From the NCBI GenBank assembly GCA_965204375.1, contig OZ241986.1, forward strand, positions 3,360,001 to 3,424,000: a stretch of DNA of 64,000 nucleotides, in the 5' to 3' direction. Origin of the DNA: Candidatus Latescibacterota bacterium (lineage in GTDB: Bacteria > Latescibacterota > UBA2968). Made by a program: the position numbers and the translations under genes. Every line of letters begins with the position of its first letter. The first letter of the stretch is position 1. A model generated the notes under the pieces. That model had not been told where the DNA came from and ran no database searches. It was given only the letters and a program-made list of their open reading frames with translations. This document shows, piece by piece, positions 1-9,024 of this stretch.

Positions 1-556
1 CGACATCCTGACAGGCGTAAATCACGTCAAACCCCGCGACCCACATCAACACCGCCCCACCGAGCAGTAAAATCTTCGCATCCAATTGGCCCGTCACTGC
101 AATCCATGCTCCCACTGGCGCGAGAGACAATGCCAAACCGAGAAAAAGCTGTGTAGCCCACGTAAAACGCTTTGTATAAGAATAAAAAAACACAATGCCC
201 AATGCCACGGGCGACAGCATCAAACACAGTGGATTTAACTTATACGCCGCAACAACGAGTAACGCGGAAAAAACGCACACAAACACTTTCACAGCACCCG
301 CGGAAATAACCCCTTGCGGCAACTCGCGATTGGCAGTACGCGGATTGGCCTCATCCATTTCCCGATCCACAAGCCGATTAAAACCCATGGCCGCACTTCT
401 CGCGCCCACCATCGCCACCACAATCCAGAACACCTGTTCGTACGAAATCCCATGTCCAGCCGCCGCCAATACCGCACCCGAAAGCGCAAATGGCAAGGCA
501 AAAATACTGTGGCCAAATTTAATCATCCGACCATAAGTGACAATACCCTCAATCAT
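1..556 (-). CDS. UbiA-family prenyltransferase (MqnP-like), 3' end runs off the window
   Basis: Manual translation of the minus strand (absent from the ORF track because it is open at the edge): MIEGIVTYGRMIKFGHSIFALPFA...AMGFNRLVDREMDEANPRT...YSYTKRFT...GFDVIYACQD, containing both Asp-rich UbiA motifs. Confidence 0.9.
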   Translation of the reverse strand, partial: MIEGIVTYGRMIKFGHSIFALPFALSGAVLAAAGHGISYEQVFWIVVAMVGARSAAMGFNRLVDREMDEANPRTANRELPQGVISAGAVKVFVCVFSALLVVAAYKLNPLCLMLSPVALGIVFFYSYTKRFTWATQLFLGLALSLAPVGAWIAVTGQLDAKILLLGGAVLMWVAGFDVIYACQDV

Positions 557-563
557 CACCGTC

Positions 564-1427
564 TTACCTTTGCCGGATAAACTTTTGCAATCGGGCATCT
601 GTCTGCACTTCTCCAACATACAAATCGCCGTGTGAATCCAACCAGATACCGTGCGGACACTTTTTGAACTCACCCGGGATATCGCTTTCAACACCGCGCC
701 CCCACTCGGACAATTTCTCGCCATCAACCGTCCAGATACTCACCCGCTGATCCAACTCCGCGATATAAACCACGCCATCGTCGTCATCAATATAAACAGT
801 ATCGGGATGGTGCAAACCCGTCCACTCCCCCTGGAAATTACCCTCGGTGTCAAAAAATTGAATGCGATTATTGCTCCGATCCGCCACCCACAAACGGTCA
901 TCTTTATCGACCCGCACAGAATGCACCAGATCAAATTGCCCCGGACCAGTACCCGGTTCCCCCCAGGACTTGATCAACTCGCCATCGGGTGTGAACTTGT
1001 GCATTCTCGCATTGCCATACCCATCGGACACGTACATAAACCCCTGAGAATCAAACGCCACATCGGTCGGCAACCGAAACGGCTCGCCCTCATCGCCTTC
1101 CCGATCCGGCGTCCCCACCGTCATCAACAACTCGCCATCACAGCTAAACTTCCGCAAACAATGCGTGTTGCGCTCCACACAATAGACGTGATCCTCCGCA
1201 TCGATATAAATGCCATGCGCATCCTTTAACACATCTTCGCCCCACGAAGATAAAAAATTGCCTTCGCGATCAAATACCACCATCGGGTGCTCGCTGCGAC
1301 TATACACGTAAACGCGGTCCTGCGAATCAACGGCCACCGCCGGTACCCATCCAAACGACCAGCCTTCGGGTAGCGACCACCAATTTTCCTGCACCGTATA
1401 GACATAATCACCTTGTCCGAATGTCAT
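564..1427 (-). CDS. NHL-repeat beta-propeller protein (peptidyl-alpha-hydroxyglycine lyase-like)
   Basis: Repeated NHL motifs (PTDVAFDSQGFMYVSDGYGN, HSVRVDKDDRLWVADRSNNRIQ, PHGIWLDSHGDLYV); AAGGAGG RBS before ATG at 1427. Confidence 0.85.
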   Translation of the reverse strand: MTFGQGDYVYTVQENWWSLPEGWSFGWVPAVAVDSQDRVYVYSRSEHPMVVFDREGNFLSSWGEDVLKDAHGIYIDAEDHVYCVERNTHCLRKFSCDGELLMTVGTPDREGDEGEPFRLPTDVAFDSQGFMYVSDGYGNARMHKFTPDGELIKSWGEPGTGPGQFDLVHSVRVDKDDRLWVADRSNNRIQFFDTEGNFQGEWTGLHHPDTVYIDDDDGVVYIAELDQRVSIWTVDGEKLSEWGRGVESDIPGEFKKCPHGIWLDSHGDLYVGEVQTDARLQKFIRQR

Positions 1428-1500
1428 CCTATCCTCCTTGTAAAAAAGCAAAAAAAATCTCCTGTCATTGCAATATACACTACAATTTAGAGGTACAAAG

Positions 1501-1531
1501 AAAAAAGCTCCGGGAATCCAGAGCTTTTTTT
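1501..1531. terminator. Intrinsic terminator-like hairpin
   Basis: AAAAAAGCTC-loop-GAGCTTTTTT between the 1549 gene stop and the NHL gene. Confidence 0.65.
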
Positions 1532-1548
1532 CGGGAAATTATCGCATA

Positions 1549-4065
1549 TCAAGCAGTTCTACCAAAAACACTGGTAAACAAAATAAAATCGCCAAAATTG
1601 ACCTGACCATCCCCATTTAAATCAAAACGCGCATCGGGACTCTCAGCACCAAAAGCGGCGACAAACAGGAGAAAATCGCCAAAGTCGATCTTGCCACTGC
1701 CATCAAAATCCGCTTTACCGGCTATCTCCCGCAAAGGTAGAAATACCGCTGGCTGAGAGCGCAACGCTATACCGCGCGGCATATTCTCAAAATTCAGCGT
1801 TCTCAAAATTTGAAACGACTCTGCATCAAAAATAACCAGCTCATTCGAATTCTGGTTCGCCACATATACCTGCGACCCGTCGCGCGACACAAACAAAGAG
1901 CGCGTCTCTTCACCTTCGGGCAAAACCTTTACAGTATTCACAACGCGATTTTGCGCCACATCGACGACGACCAATTGGGCATTCAAGCGGTCTGTCGCAT
2001 ACAACCGGGATCCATCTGGCGATAAAGCGAGGCGAAATATCCCACCATCCATACGAATCGTTGTCACCACAGACTCCGCATCGGTATCAATCACCGCAAC
2101 ACCACCACCGCCATCGTCATCGAAGTCCCCCCCCGACACATACAACCGCTTCCCATCCGCAGATATAACCAGTGACCGGGGTTCCTCAATTACATCAATG
2201 CGACCAATAGTCGCCCTGCGTGCGGTATCGATAACCAGCACCTGATTGCCATTGATATCTGTGACATAAAGCCGCTTTCCATCCGGGTGAATCGCCACGC
2301 CATAAGGACCGCGATCTCCGCTAATCGGCACCCGAATGCGAGAACGCACAGTCAAACTCGCCACATCTATAACCGAAATACTCTTAGACTCTGAATTGGT
2401 GACATAGACCAGTTGCCCATCCGCGCTCAAAGCGAGATCCAAAGGCGCAGTATCAACCTCAATATTCGCCGCCACTTGATGCGTAGCGGTCTCGATAACC
2501 GTGACCCGATTCTCAGATGTACCGGCAGATCCCCCCGTATTGGCGACAAACAAATAGCGCTGATCCCGCGTCATCAAAACGCTCAAGGGCACCACGCCAG
2601 TGGGAATGTGCGCCACCTCTTCGCCCGTACCCATATCGATAACAACCACTACATCGGCATCTCGCAATGCAACAAAAAGTACAGGCGATCCAGAAAGTGA
2701 TATCACATCGAATTGCAGCATGGGCAAATCAGACGCTGGCGAAGGCGTCTCATTGCCATCGCCATCGCGCGCGACCACCCGATATTCAACCCTCGACCCC
2801 ACACCTTGTCCGTCGAGTTCAGCGGCAAAAATATCGTTACCCGTAGGAATCATTGGCAGCACCTGCTCGCCCCCACCATTGATCCGATAACGCAGCTCCA
2901 CAGTCGCCACCCCTGTATTATCGGTCACCCTTGCTGAAAAGCGATAGGGACCATTGGGATCGGGCGTATTGACTGGAAAAATAGTCTCCCGAATAAAGGG
3001 TGCGCCCGGCGCAGAAGGCCCAATCGCAAAATCGATATTTTCTATAACGCGGTCGATTTCAACGCGTATGATCTGGGCATTATCTTGCACAAACGCATTA
3101 TTATAGTACTCTTTGTCTAATCTTTCCTCATATAACGTCTGGAAAATACCGCCAAAATTATCAGCAGAAATGGCGCCATGGTGTTGCTCAATCGCAATGT
3201 GATAATCGCCCGGGGGCAATCCGAGAATTTCATATCGACCATCGCCATTGGGTCCCTTTTGTTCACCGGCCGTCCCCGACAGAACACTCGCGACAAACAC
3301 CTCTGTTCCCGCCTGATAAGCCACCACATGCACGCCAAATGCGGGCCCATCCGCACTCAAGATCTGCCCACGCACACCACCAGTTACCCCTTCCACAGGG
3401 TATATCGCCGTTATCCCGGCGCGATCATCAACTTCCAGAGAACGCTCTGCACGCGGTGCCGAACCCGAAGTATAGGGAAACATTGTCGCGCGCAATTCGG
3501 GTTCACCCACCCAGGGGCTATGATCCAGCCCCAACAAATGACCGATTTCATGCGTCATCACAGCTTGAAGATCGGTCATATTCTCAGGTGTGTTATTCTC
3601 CTCAATCGAAAACTGATGATCTCGCCCATTAAAAATAATATCCGTATCCGTAATAAGACCGTCGTCGTTATTGATAACCCGTGCGACTGCAATGACCCCC
3701 GTACCCTCGGGTGCGCCTATAATCTCTCCCGTCGCATCGTAAATGATCACATTGCGATTGTCATTACCCGACGCTTCAAGCTGTGCTGTCCCTTCATATT
3801 CAAATGTAATAAATGCCGACGGCACCGCACCCCAGTCGTTAAATCCCCGCTGTGCAATCCGCACCACCTCGGCCTCGGGAAAGGGAAAACTTCCGGTATT
3901 GACCACAAAGGGAATACCAGCCTCAGCCCGAGAAGGCGACCAGCGAAGTGTCACAATACGTCCACGCGAATTTTGTTCTGTTAGAATCACATACCCTTCC
4001 GCACCAACCCACAGAACGAGCAAAAGACCGACAACACATATTTTTTTCACAATATCAATCCTCAT
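1549..4065 (-). CDS. Secreted matrixin (M10)-like metalloprotease + YVTN beta-propeller + C-terminal twin EF-hand/dockerin-like domain
   Basis: Signal-like N-terminus, HEIGHLLGLDH zinc motif with Met-turn (ATMFP), multiple LYVTN/LYVAN repeats, DFDGSGKIDFGDF and DLNGDGQVNFGDF; start set at MRIDIVKK. Confidence 0.8.
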   Translation of the reverse strand: MRIDIVKKICVVGLLLVLWVGAEGYVILTEQNSRGRIVTLRWSPSRAEAGIPFVVNTGSFPFPEAEVVRIAQRGFNDWGAVPSAFITFEYEGTAQLEASGNDNRNVIIYDATGEIIGAPEGTGVIAVARVINNDDGLITDTDIIFNGRDHQFSIEENNTPENMTDLQAVMTHEIGHLLGLDHSPWVGEPELRATMFPYTSGSAPRAERSLEVDDRAGITAIYPVEGVTGGVRGQILSADGPAFGVHVVAYQAGTEVFVASVLSGTAGEQKGPNGDGRYEILGLPPGDYHIAIEQHHGAISADNFGGIFQTLYEERLDKEYYNNAFVQDNAQIIRVEIDRVIENIDFAIGPSAPGAPFIRETIFPVNTPDPNGPYRFSARVTDNTGVATVELRYRINGGGEQVLPMIPTGNDIFAAELDGQGVGSRVEYRVVARDGDGNETPSPASDLPMLQFDVISLSGSPVLFVALRDADVVVVIDMGTGEEVAHIPTGVVPLSVLMTRDQRYLFVANTGGSAGTSENRVTVIETATHQVAANIEVDTAPLDLALSADGQLVYVTNSESKSISVIDVASLTVRSRIRVPISGDRGPYGVAIHPDGKRLYVTDINGNQVLVIDTARRATIGRIDVIEEPRSLVISADGKRLYVSGGDFDDDGGGGVAVIDTDAESVVTTIRMDGGIFRLALSPDGSRLYATDRLNAQLVVVDVAQNRVVNTVKVLPEGEETRSLFVSRDGSQVYVANQNSNELVIFDAESFQILRTLNFENMPRGIALRSQPAVFLPLREIAGKADFDGSGKIDFGDFLLFVAAFGAESPDARFDLNGDGQVNFGDFILFTSVFGRTA

Positions 4066-4447
4066 GTTTAAGTACCGGTTCTGATCCCGTTGCATCCACC
4101 ATCCAGACCTCGGCTTTGCCATCTCGATCAAAATCCGCTTCTGCATACGCCACGAAGCCATCCTCCGAAATAATCACCCGATAGCGAAAACGTCCGGGCG
4201 CATTATTGAGTTGTAAAATATCACCGTTATTTTTTTTATCGATAGGCAAATAAGTGCCATATTCGGCGAGATATGCGTGTTGTAGAGCCGCAATGCGTTG
4301 CAACATAATGCGAGCGCGTTCTCGTTCTGCATCTTCGGGCGTGCGATATGTAAACTGATAAAACAGCACCACGCACAGCATCACCAACAGTCCAATCACA
4401 ATACCCACTTGATGCAACTGATCTCGATATTTCGAAAAGAACATCAC
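4055..4447 (-). CDS. Small single-TM protein, type IV pilin-like C-terminal region
   Basis: N-terminal hydrophobic helix, then ARIMLQRIAALQHAYLAEYGTY and ADFDRDGKAEVWMVD reminiscent of PilE-like pilins; overlaps both neighbours. Confidence 0.5.
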   Translation of the reverse strand: MMFFSKYRDQLHQVGIVIGLLVMLCVVLFYQFTYRTPEDAERERARIMLQRIAALQHAYLAEYGTYLPIDKKNNGDILQLNNAPGRFRYRVIISEDGFVAYAEADFDRDGKAEVWMVDATGSEPVLKHED

Positions 4448-6123
4448 GGACGCTCCTCACTGGTCGGCAACATCCACCAGATTTTGGATTCCAACTTCTC
4501 GACCTCCGTCTCCCATCGCGCCCGTACCTCCACAGTATCGGCACGCGCGACCAAAGGCTCCGCGGGCAAAAACGGATGGACTTGCCCAGACATCCACTGA
4601 CCATTGTGATCGCGATCCAAAAATCCAGAAATGCGATACGTCCCCGGAAGCAAATTTGTCAAACTAAACGTCGTATCCCGCAAAACCTGTTCCCGGAAAA
4701 AATCATGCGTCAACCCCTCCATCCATATCACAACATCAGGAGAAGATGTCGTCCCGGAAATATGCCCCAGAGCTGCGGTATCCATCACAGAAAAAACAAA
4801 CGAAATCGGTTCAGAAAGAACATTGCCACCAATATCCAATAGCCTTTCGCGATTTCCAATAAGCCGAATCGTCTCGCCACTCGTCCAGAGACTATCCGAT
4901 ATAAACACGAGATGATTGGGTGCAACCCATTCAAAACGTCCCTGCGGAACAACCGTCGAATCCGACGCTATCCAGAAGTCGGACACACCATCTACACGCA
5001 TCGCATCGGAAAACAACATGCGAATCACAGCCGTTGGCAAAACATTCTCGGCATTCTCCACCGGTGCGATTGCCAACACCTCTGGCGCGCGCCGATCGCG
5101 CGTACCATCGCCTCGCACCGTTGTATCTGTGGTATCGCGATTGCCCCACCGATCTGCGACATCGACCCGAGTTGTGTATTTCTCCCCCTGCGTTTGCGGT
5201 TCGGTAATCAACCCCACCCCACTCGAATCAACGGGATCTTGATATATTTCCAACACCGACAGGTTGGTTATTTCAACGCCCCAAACGCGCACCGGTTCAT
5301 CAAATCGCATCAAAACATGCTGTAGATCGGGCGTGCGTGCGGCAACGAGCGCAGGTGCTGACGTATCGCGCACCGCGAGTTTGAGATCGCCCAGGCGAAC
5401 GCGCCCCTCATCGGTAAGTGCCACATCGCCGGGCGGCAGTGCCAACAAGTCCCCAGATGAAAAAGTGCGATCATTGTTCTGATCGTCAAAAGCAAATATC
5501 CGGTAATTCCCAGAACCCAAACGCGGCAATACAAAATGACCCGCTTCATCCGGCTGCGTCACATAAGTAGGGCGATCTCTCCCTGGATCGGGTGCCGCCA
5601 CCACAGATAGATCATAAGCCCAAACAAAAACCTGTCCCCTCTCCTCCTTAGACTTCAACACCCGCCCATTGAGTTCCCCGCGATTTAAGCGATCCCCCGT
5701 CGCAAATCCAAAACTATAAGAAGCCCGCATGCGGTTGCGCCACTCATCCGCGCTCTCCTGCCCCACCGTAACCAGATACGTTCGGTCAGCTTGCAATCCA
5801 TCGGGCAACCGAATTTCCAGCACATCCCCACGCCACTTGAAACCGGGTTCCTCAGAACCCTGTGGGGAAACAAATAACGCCCGCTCGACCGACCTGCGAT
5901 CCATCGCTTCAGAAAAGCGAATGCGAATCGGCGTATCCAACCCGACTCGCACAGAATCATCTGCAGGCACTGTATCAACCACCCTCGGCGGCGTTTTATC
6001 GAGCGGTCCTCCCGGCGGAGGCATCTGCCGCGCACAGGCTATTAAAAAACAAAAAAAAACGTAAAACGTGAGACGCGAAACGCGAGCAATTGCCTGGCGA
6101 AAGTGTTGGTGATAATGCCACAT
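4444..6123 (-). CDS. Lipoprotein with bacterial Ig-like (Big_5-type) domains
   Basis: Lipobox LIAC followed by PPPGGPLDKTPP and repeated IRFSEAM/LFSDAM Ig-like motifs; true start may be further downstream. Confidence 0.7.
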   Translation of the reverse strand: MWHYHQHFRQAIARVSRLTFYVFFCFLIACARQMPPPGGPLDKTPPRVVDTVPADDSVRVGLDTPIRIRFSEAMDRRSVERALFVSPQGSEEPGFKWRGDVLEIRLPDGLQADRTYLVTVGQESADEWRNRMRASYSFGFATGDRLNRGELNGRVLKSKEERGQVFVWAYDLSVVAAPDPGRDRPTYVTQPDEAGHFVLPRLGSGNYRIFAFDDQNNDRTFSSGDLLALPPGDVALTDEGRVRLGDLKLAVRDTSAPALVAARTPDLQHVLMRFDEPVRVWGVEITNLSVLEIYQDPVDSSGVGLITEPQTQGEKYTTRVDVADRWGNRDTTDTTVRGDGTRDRRAPEVLAIAPVENAENVLPTAVIRMLFSDAMRVDGVSDFWIASDSTVVPQGRFEWVAPNHLVFISDSLWTSGETIRLIGNRERLLDIGGNVLSEPISFVFSVMDTAALGHISGTTSSPDVVIWMEGLTHDFFREQVLRDTTFSLTNLLPGTYRISGFLDRDHNGQWMSGQVHPFLPAEPLVARADTVEVRARWETEVEKLESKIWWMLPTSEERP

Positions 6124-6130
6124 TATTTCT

Positions 6131-7018
6131 TCACGCCCGTGGATGTGCTTGTCGATAGGCTCTTTTTAACCTTTCAACACTCACATGCGTATAAACCTGC
6201 GTGGTAGAAAGGCTCGCATGGCCGAGCAATTCTCTCACCGCATTGAGATCTGCCCCCGCATCTAACAGATGGGTTGCATAGGCGTGGCGCAATGCATGGG
6301 GGGACAAAGCGCGTCCGGTCGCCTTGCTGAGATACCGGACAACGCGACCTTGAATCCCACTCGGACTCAGCGGACGCCCAGACCGCGCCAAAAACAAGTG
6401 CCGTCCATCCGTCGTCTGTTCAGAAATCAGTTCCTCCCGCCGCATCAAATAAGCCACCAGCGCGACCCGAGCCGGTTCCCCAAAAGGAACCAATCGCTCC
6501 TTATTCCCCTTGCCCACAACCCGCACCAGTTTATCTGCCAGATCCACAGCCTCAATTTTAAGCCCCGCAAGCTCGCGCAACCGAATTCCCGCACTGTAAA
6601 ACAACTCCAAAATCGCCCGATCGCGCAATCCCAATACCGTATTGGGCGACGGCAGGGACATCGCGCGGGCAACCTCGTCAACATCCAGATAAACGGGCAA
6701 TATCTTATCCTGCCTGGGCGGGCGCACATCGAGTGCTGGATTCCGGTCCAAAACGCCCACACTGCACAAATAACTCAAAAACGTTCGCACCGCCGCCAGC
6801 TTTCGGGCAACAGACCGCCGACCAAATCCCTTATTATGCAAGAAGCTCAAAAAATCCCGCACCGCATTCCGATCGATCTGTTCCACACGATCCACCTGAC
6901 GCCCATGCAAAAAAGCGGCGAACTGGTCCAGATCCGTGCTATATGCCGCACACGTATGATCGGACAATCGCCGCTGCCGCGACAGATGGGTGAGGAATTG
7001 GGTAATAGATGTTTTCAT
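6131..7018 (-). CDS. xerC: Tyrosine recombinase XerC
   Basis: RDRAILELFYSAGIR, VVGKGNKERLVP, SPHALRHAYATHLL, LLGHASLSTTQVYTHV, C-terminal AHPRA. Confidence 0.9.
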   Translation of the reverse strand: MKTSITQFLTHLSRQRRLSDHTCAAYSTDLDQFAAFLHGRQVDRVEQIDRNAVRDFLSFLHNKGFGRRSVARKLAAVRTFLSYLCSVGVLDRNPALDVRPPRQDKILPVYLDVDEVARAMSLPSPNTVLGLRDRAILELFYSAGIRLRELAGLKIEAVDLADKLVRVVGKGNKERLVPFGEPARVALVAYLMRREELISEQTTDGRHLFLARSGRPLSPSGIQGRVVRYLSKATGRALSPHALRHAYATHLLDAGADLNAVRELLGHASLSTTQVYTHVSVERLKRAYRQAHPRA

Positions 7019-7049
7019 GGCTAATCAAAAAATCGTCCGGACTATTGAG

Positions 7050-7080
7050 AAAAAGGACGCAATTACAATCTGCGTCCCTT
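7050..7080 (-). terminator. Intrinsic terminator-like hairpin
   Basis: GGACGCA/TGCGTCC stem with adjacent A-run (U-tract on the minus strand) downstream of the 7118 gene. Confidence 0.55.
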
Positions 7081-7117
7081 CTTCTGTACCAGGTCTGTCT
7101 GCAAAATTCTTATGGAA

Positions 7118-7591
7118 TTATAACTTCAGTATATACGTCATAACCGCCAACATAATTGTCAAGAAAGCAACACCACCTGTAACACTCCAAAAAATCAGTT
7201 GGCGCATACCATCAAATTTCTCATCAATCTTATCAAACCGATCATCCACCTTACCAAATTTCTCATCAATCTTATCAAACCGATCATCCACATAGATTTT
7301 CAATGCTTTTTGTTCCACTTCAATACGATCAACTGTAGCTTCCACTTTGACAAGACGCTTATCAATATTAGCAATGGCTTTTTCATTCTCGCGGATATGC
7401 CTTTCATTTTGTTCAATTCGCTTATCCTGGCGTTCCAACAGATCGTTCTGAACGGTACGGCTGGCCATCAATTCCTTCAATATCTCAACCTGGGTCTCCT
7501 GAATCCCCATCTGGTTCTCCTGGAAAGACTCCAAATTTTTGAGATACGTTTCAAGGCCCACTAATGCAGACCCTTCCTCTGTGCCAGCCAT
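7118..7591 (-). CDS. Coiled-coil protein with C-terminal TM anchor (DUF1640-like)
   Basis: Heptad-rich body, duplicated VDDRFDKIDEKF, terminal hydrophobic helix; GAGG RBS. Confidence 0.65.
   Translation of the reverse strand: MAGTEEGSALVGLETYLKNLESFQENQMGIQETQVEILKELMASRTVQNDLLERQDKRIEQNERHIRENEKAIANIDKRLVKVEATVDRIEVEQKALKIYVDDRFDKIDEKFGKVDDRFDKIDEKFDGMRQLIFWSVTGGVAFLTIMLAVMTYILKL
7213..7291. repeat. In-frame tandem repeat, 42-nt period (37-nt identical copies)
   Basis: CAAATTTCTCATCAATCTTATCAAACCGATCATCCAC at 7213-7249 and 7255-7291. Confidence 0.95.
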
Positions 7592-7720
7592 TTGGGGAAC
7601 TCCTCAGCGAATACGAACAATCAACAATAGAGAACGCATATTTCAAAAAAAAGATATGCAATACACTCACAAAAGCAAGCATTTTGACATCAATAGCCTC
7701 TAAATTGGGCAGTTGCGCCA

Positions 7721-8035
7721 TCAAGTGATTTCCCGAACAGTGGGCAAAGCTCGCACAACCGCCCCCACTTGTTGATCGGTGACAACGAGATCAAACTGCA
7801 TCTGGAGATTCAGCCAGAATAAAGGATCAACACCGAACCAGTGCCCGAATCGCAAAGCAATATCGCTATCTACAGAACACTTGCCAGCGATAATCTGACC
7901 AATGCGATCTGGCGGTACGTCAATCTGGCGTGCAAGCGTCGCTGGGGATACCCCAAATTCCGCCAATTCGTCTCGCAGAATCTCTCCGGGATGAACAACG
8001 CGCTTCAACATAGCGTAATACTCTATTGTTTTCAT
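7721..8035 (-). CDS. higA: HigA-family antitoxin (HTH), no adjacent HigB
   Basis: HPGEILRDEL...IALRFGHWFGVDPLFWLNLQMQFDL; ATGA overlap with the upstream gene stop. Confidence 0.85.
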   Translation of the reverse strand: MKTIEYYAMLKRVVHPGEILRDELAEFGVSPATLARQIDVPPDRIGQIIAGKCSVDSDIALRFGHWFGVDPLFWLNLQMQFDLVVTDQQVGAVVRALPTVREIT

Positions 8036-9024
8036 TTGCTGCGATAGAAAGGCTTTAGTTCGCTGAATTTGGGAATAATTTTTACTTCAACTCGTCGGTT
8101 TACTTTCTCTATAGATTTTCTCAAACTACTGTCAATAGCAGCCGTCCTGAAATTTTCAATCTCTAAATCTTTCGAAGGTGCCATAGAAATCAGTTCATAA
8201 TATTCAGGCTTTAGGCCCATATTTTGCCAGAGCAGCGCAAGCGATTGGGTGCGTTCTTCAGAAAAATCGGAAACTGTTTGAGTATCTGTTTGTGTCTCTA
8301 TCGAAATTGCGAATTTTCCATTCTGTTGACGCACTTCTAAAGAACTTTTCAGTATCTGCCCAATACTTTCCAAACCCTCTTTTGCCGAGGGAAGTATAGT
8401 ATTGGCCTCCCACATACCCAAAGGCGAAAATACATCGCTGTAGATGGTGATCACGCCATCTCTTTTCACTTCAATTTTAGGTCTGGACTCCCCCAAACCT
8501 GCCGGAATAAGTTCATAATATTCTGACGTAAAGCCGATATTTCGCCAGAGCAGTACAAGCGATTGAGCGCGTTGATATGAAAGACGGTCGTTATTTTCGG
8601 AAGGTCCTATTGTATCTGTATGCCCCTCGACAACAATCCTGAATTTTTGACTTCGACCACGCCTCTCCAGATAGCTCTTCAACTTTTCTCCAATACGCTC
8701 CAAATCTTCCAGTGCCTGAGGAGGTATATCTTCTATTTTCCATTTGTTAAAGGGAAAGATGATATCGCTTTTGATAACAATCGTCCCCTTATTCACTTCG
8801 ACTTCTTCATCTGCCATAACCTGTTTTAACTCATCCAGGTCTCTAAAAATACTGCCAACGATTTCGTGCAGGCGGCTCAACTGAATCAGGCTAATATGAT
8901 TTTGCACAACCATCAATATGAGAAGAAACATTGCAAAAATAAAGATAGATGTGATAAGATCCGTAAAAGACGGCCATACATTTAGCGATGTATCCCTGCG
9001 AGTTCGTTTTTTATTCATCGCCAC
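8032..9024 (-). CDS. ZorB/MotB-like protein: TM helix with conserved Asp plus OmpA-like peptidoglycan-binding domain (internally duplicated)
   Basis: WPSFTD followed by TM helix; VEGHTD...NDRLSYQRAQS...NRRVEV OmpA motifs. Confidence 0.85.
   Translation of the reverse strand: MAMNKKRTRRDTSLNVWPSFTDLITSIFIFAMFLLILMVVQNHISLIQLSRLHEIVGSIFRDLDELKQVMADEEVEVNKGTIVIKSDIIFPFNKWKIEDIPPQALEDLERIGEKLKSYLERRGRSQKFRIVVEGHTDTIGPSENNDRLSYQRAQSLVLLWRNIGFTSEYYELIPAGLGESRPKIEVKRDGVITIYSDVFSPLGMWEANTILPSAKEGLESIGQILKSSLEVRQQNGKFAISIETQTDTQTVSDFSEERTQSLALLWQNMGLKPEYYELISMAPSKDLEIENFRTAAIDSSLRKSIEKVNRRVEVKIIPKFSELKPFYRSK

Noticed and set aside
195-536. Plus-strand 113-aa ORF and other short ORFs at the window start
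   Set aside because: Antisense shadow of the UbiA-family gene on the minus strand.
6131-7018. Tyrosine recombinase as the integrase of the adjacent island
   Set aside because: Size and motifs are those of housekeeping XerC, with host-like composition and a core-looking operon context.
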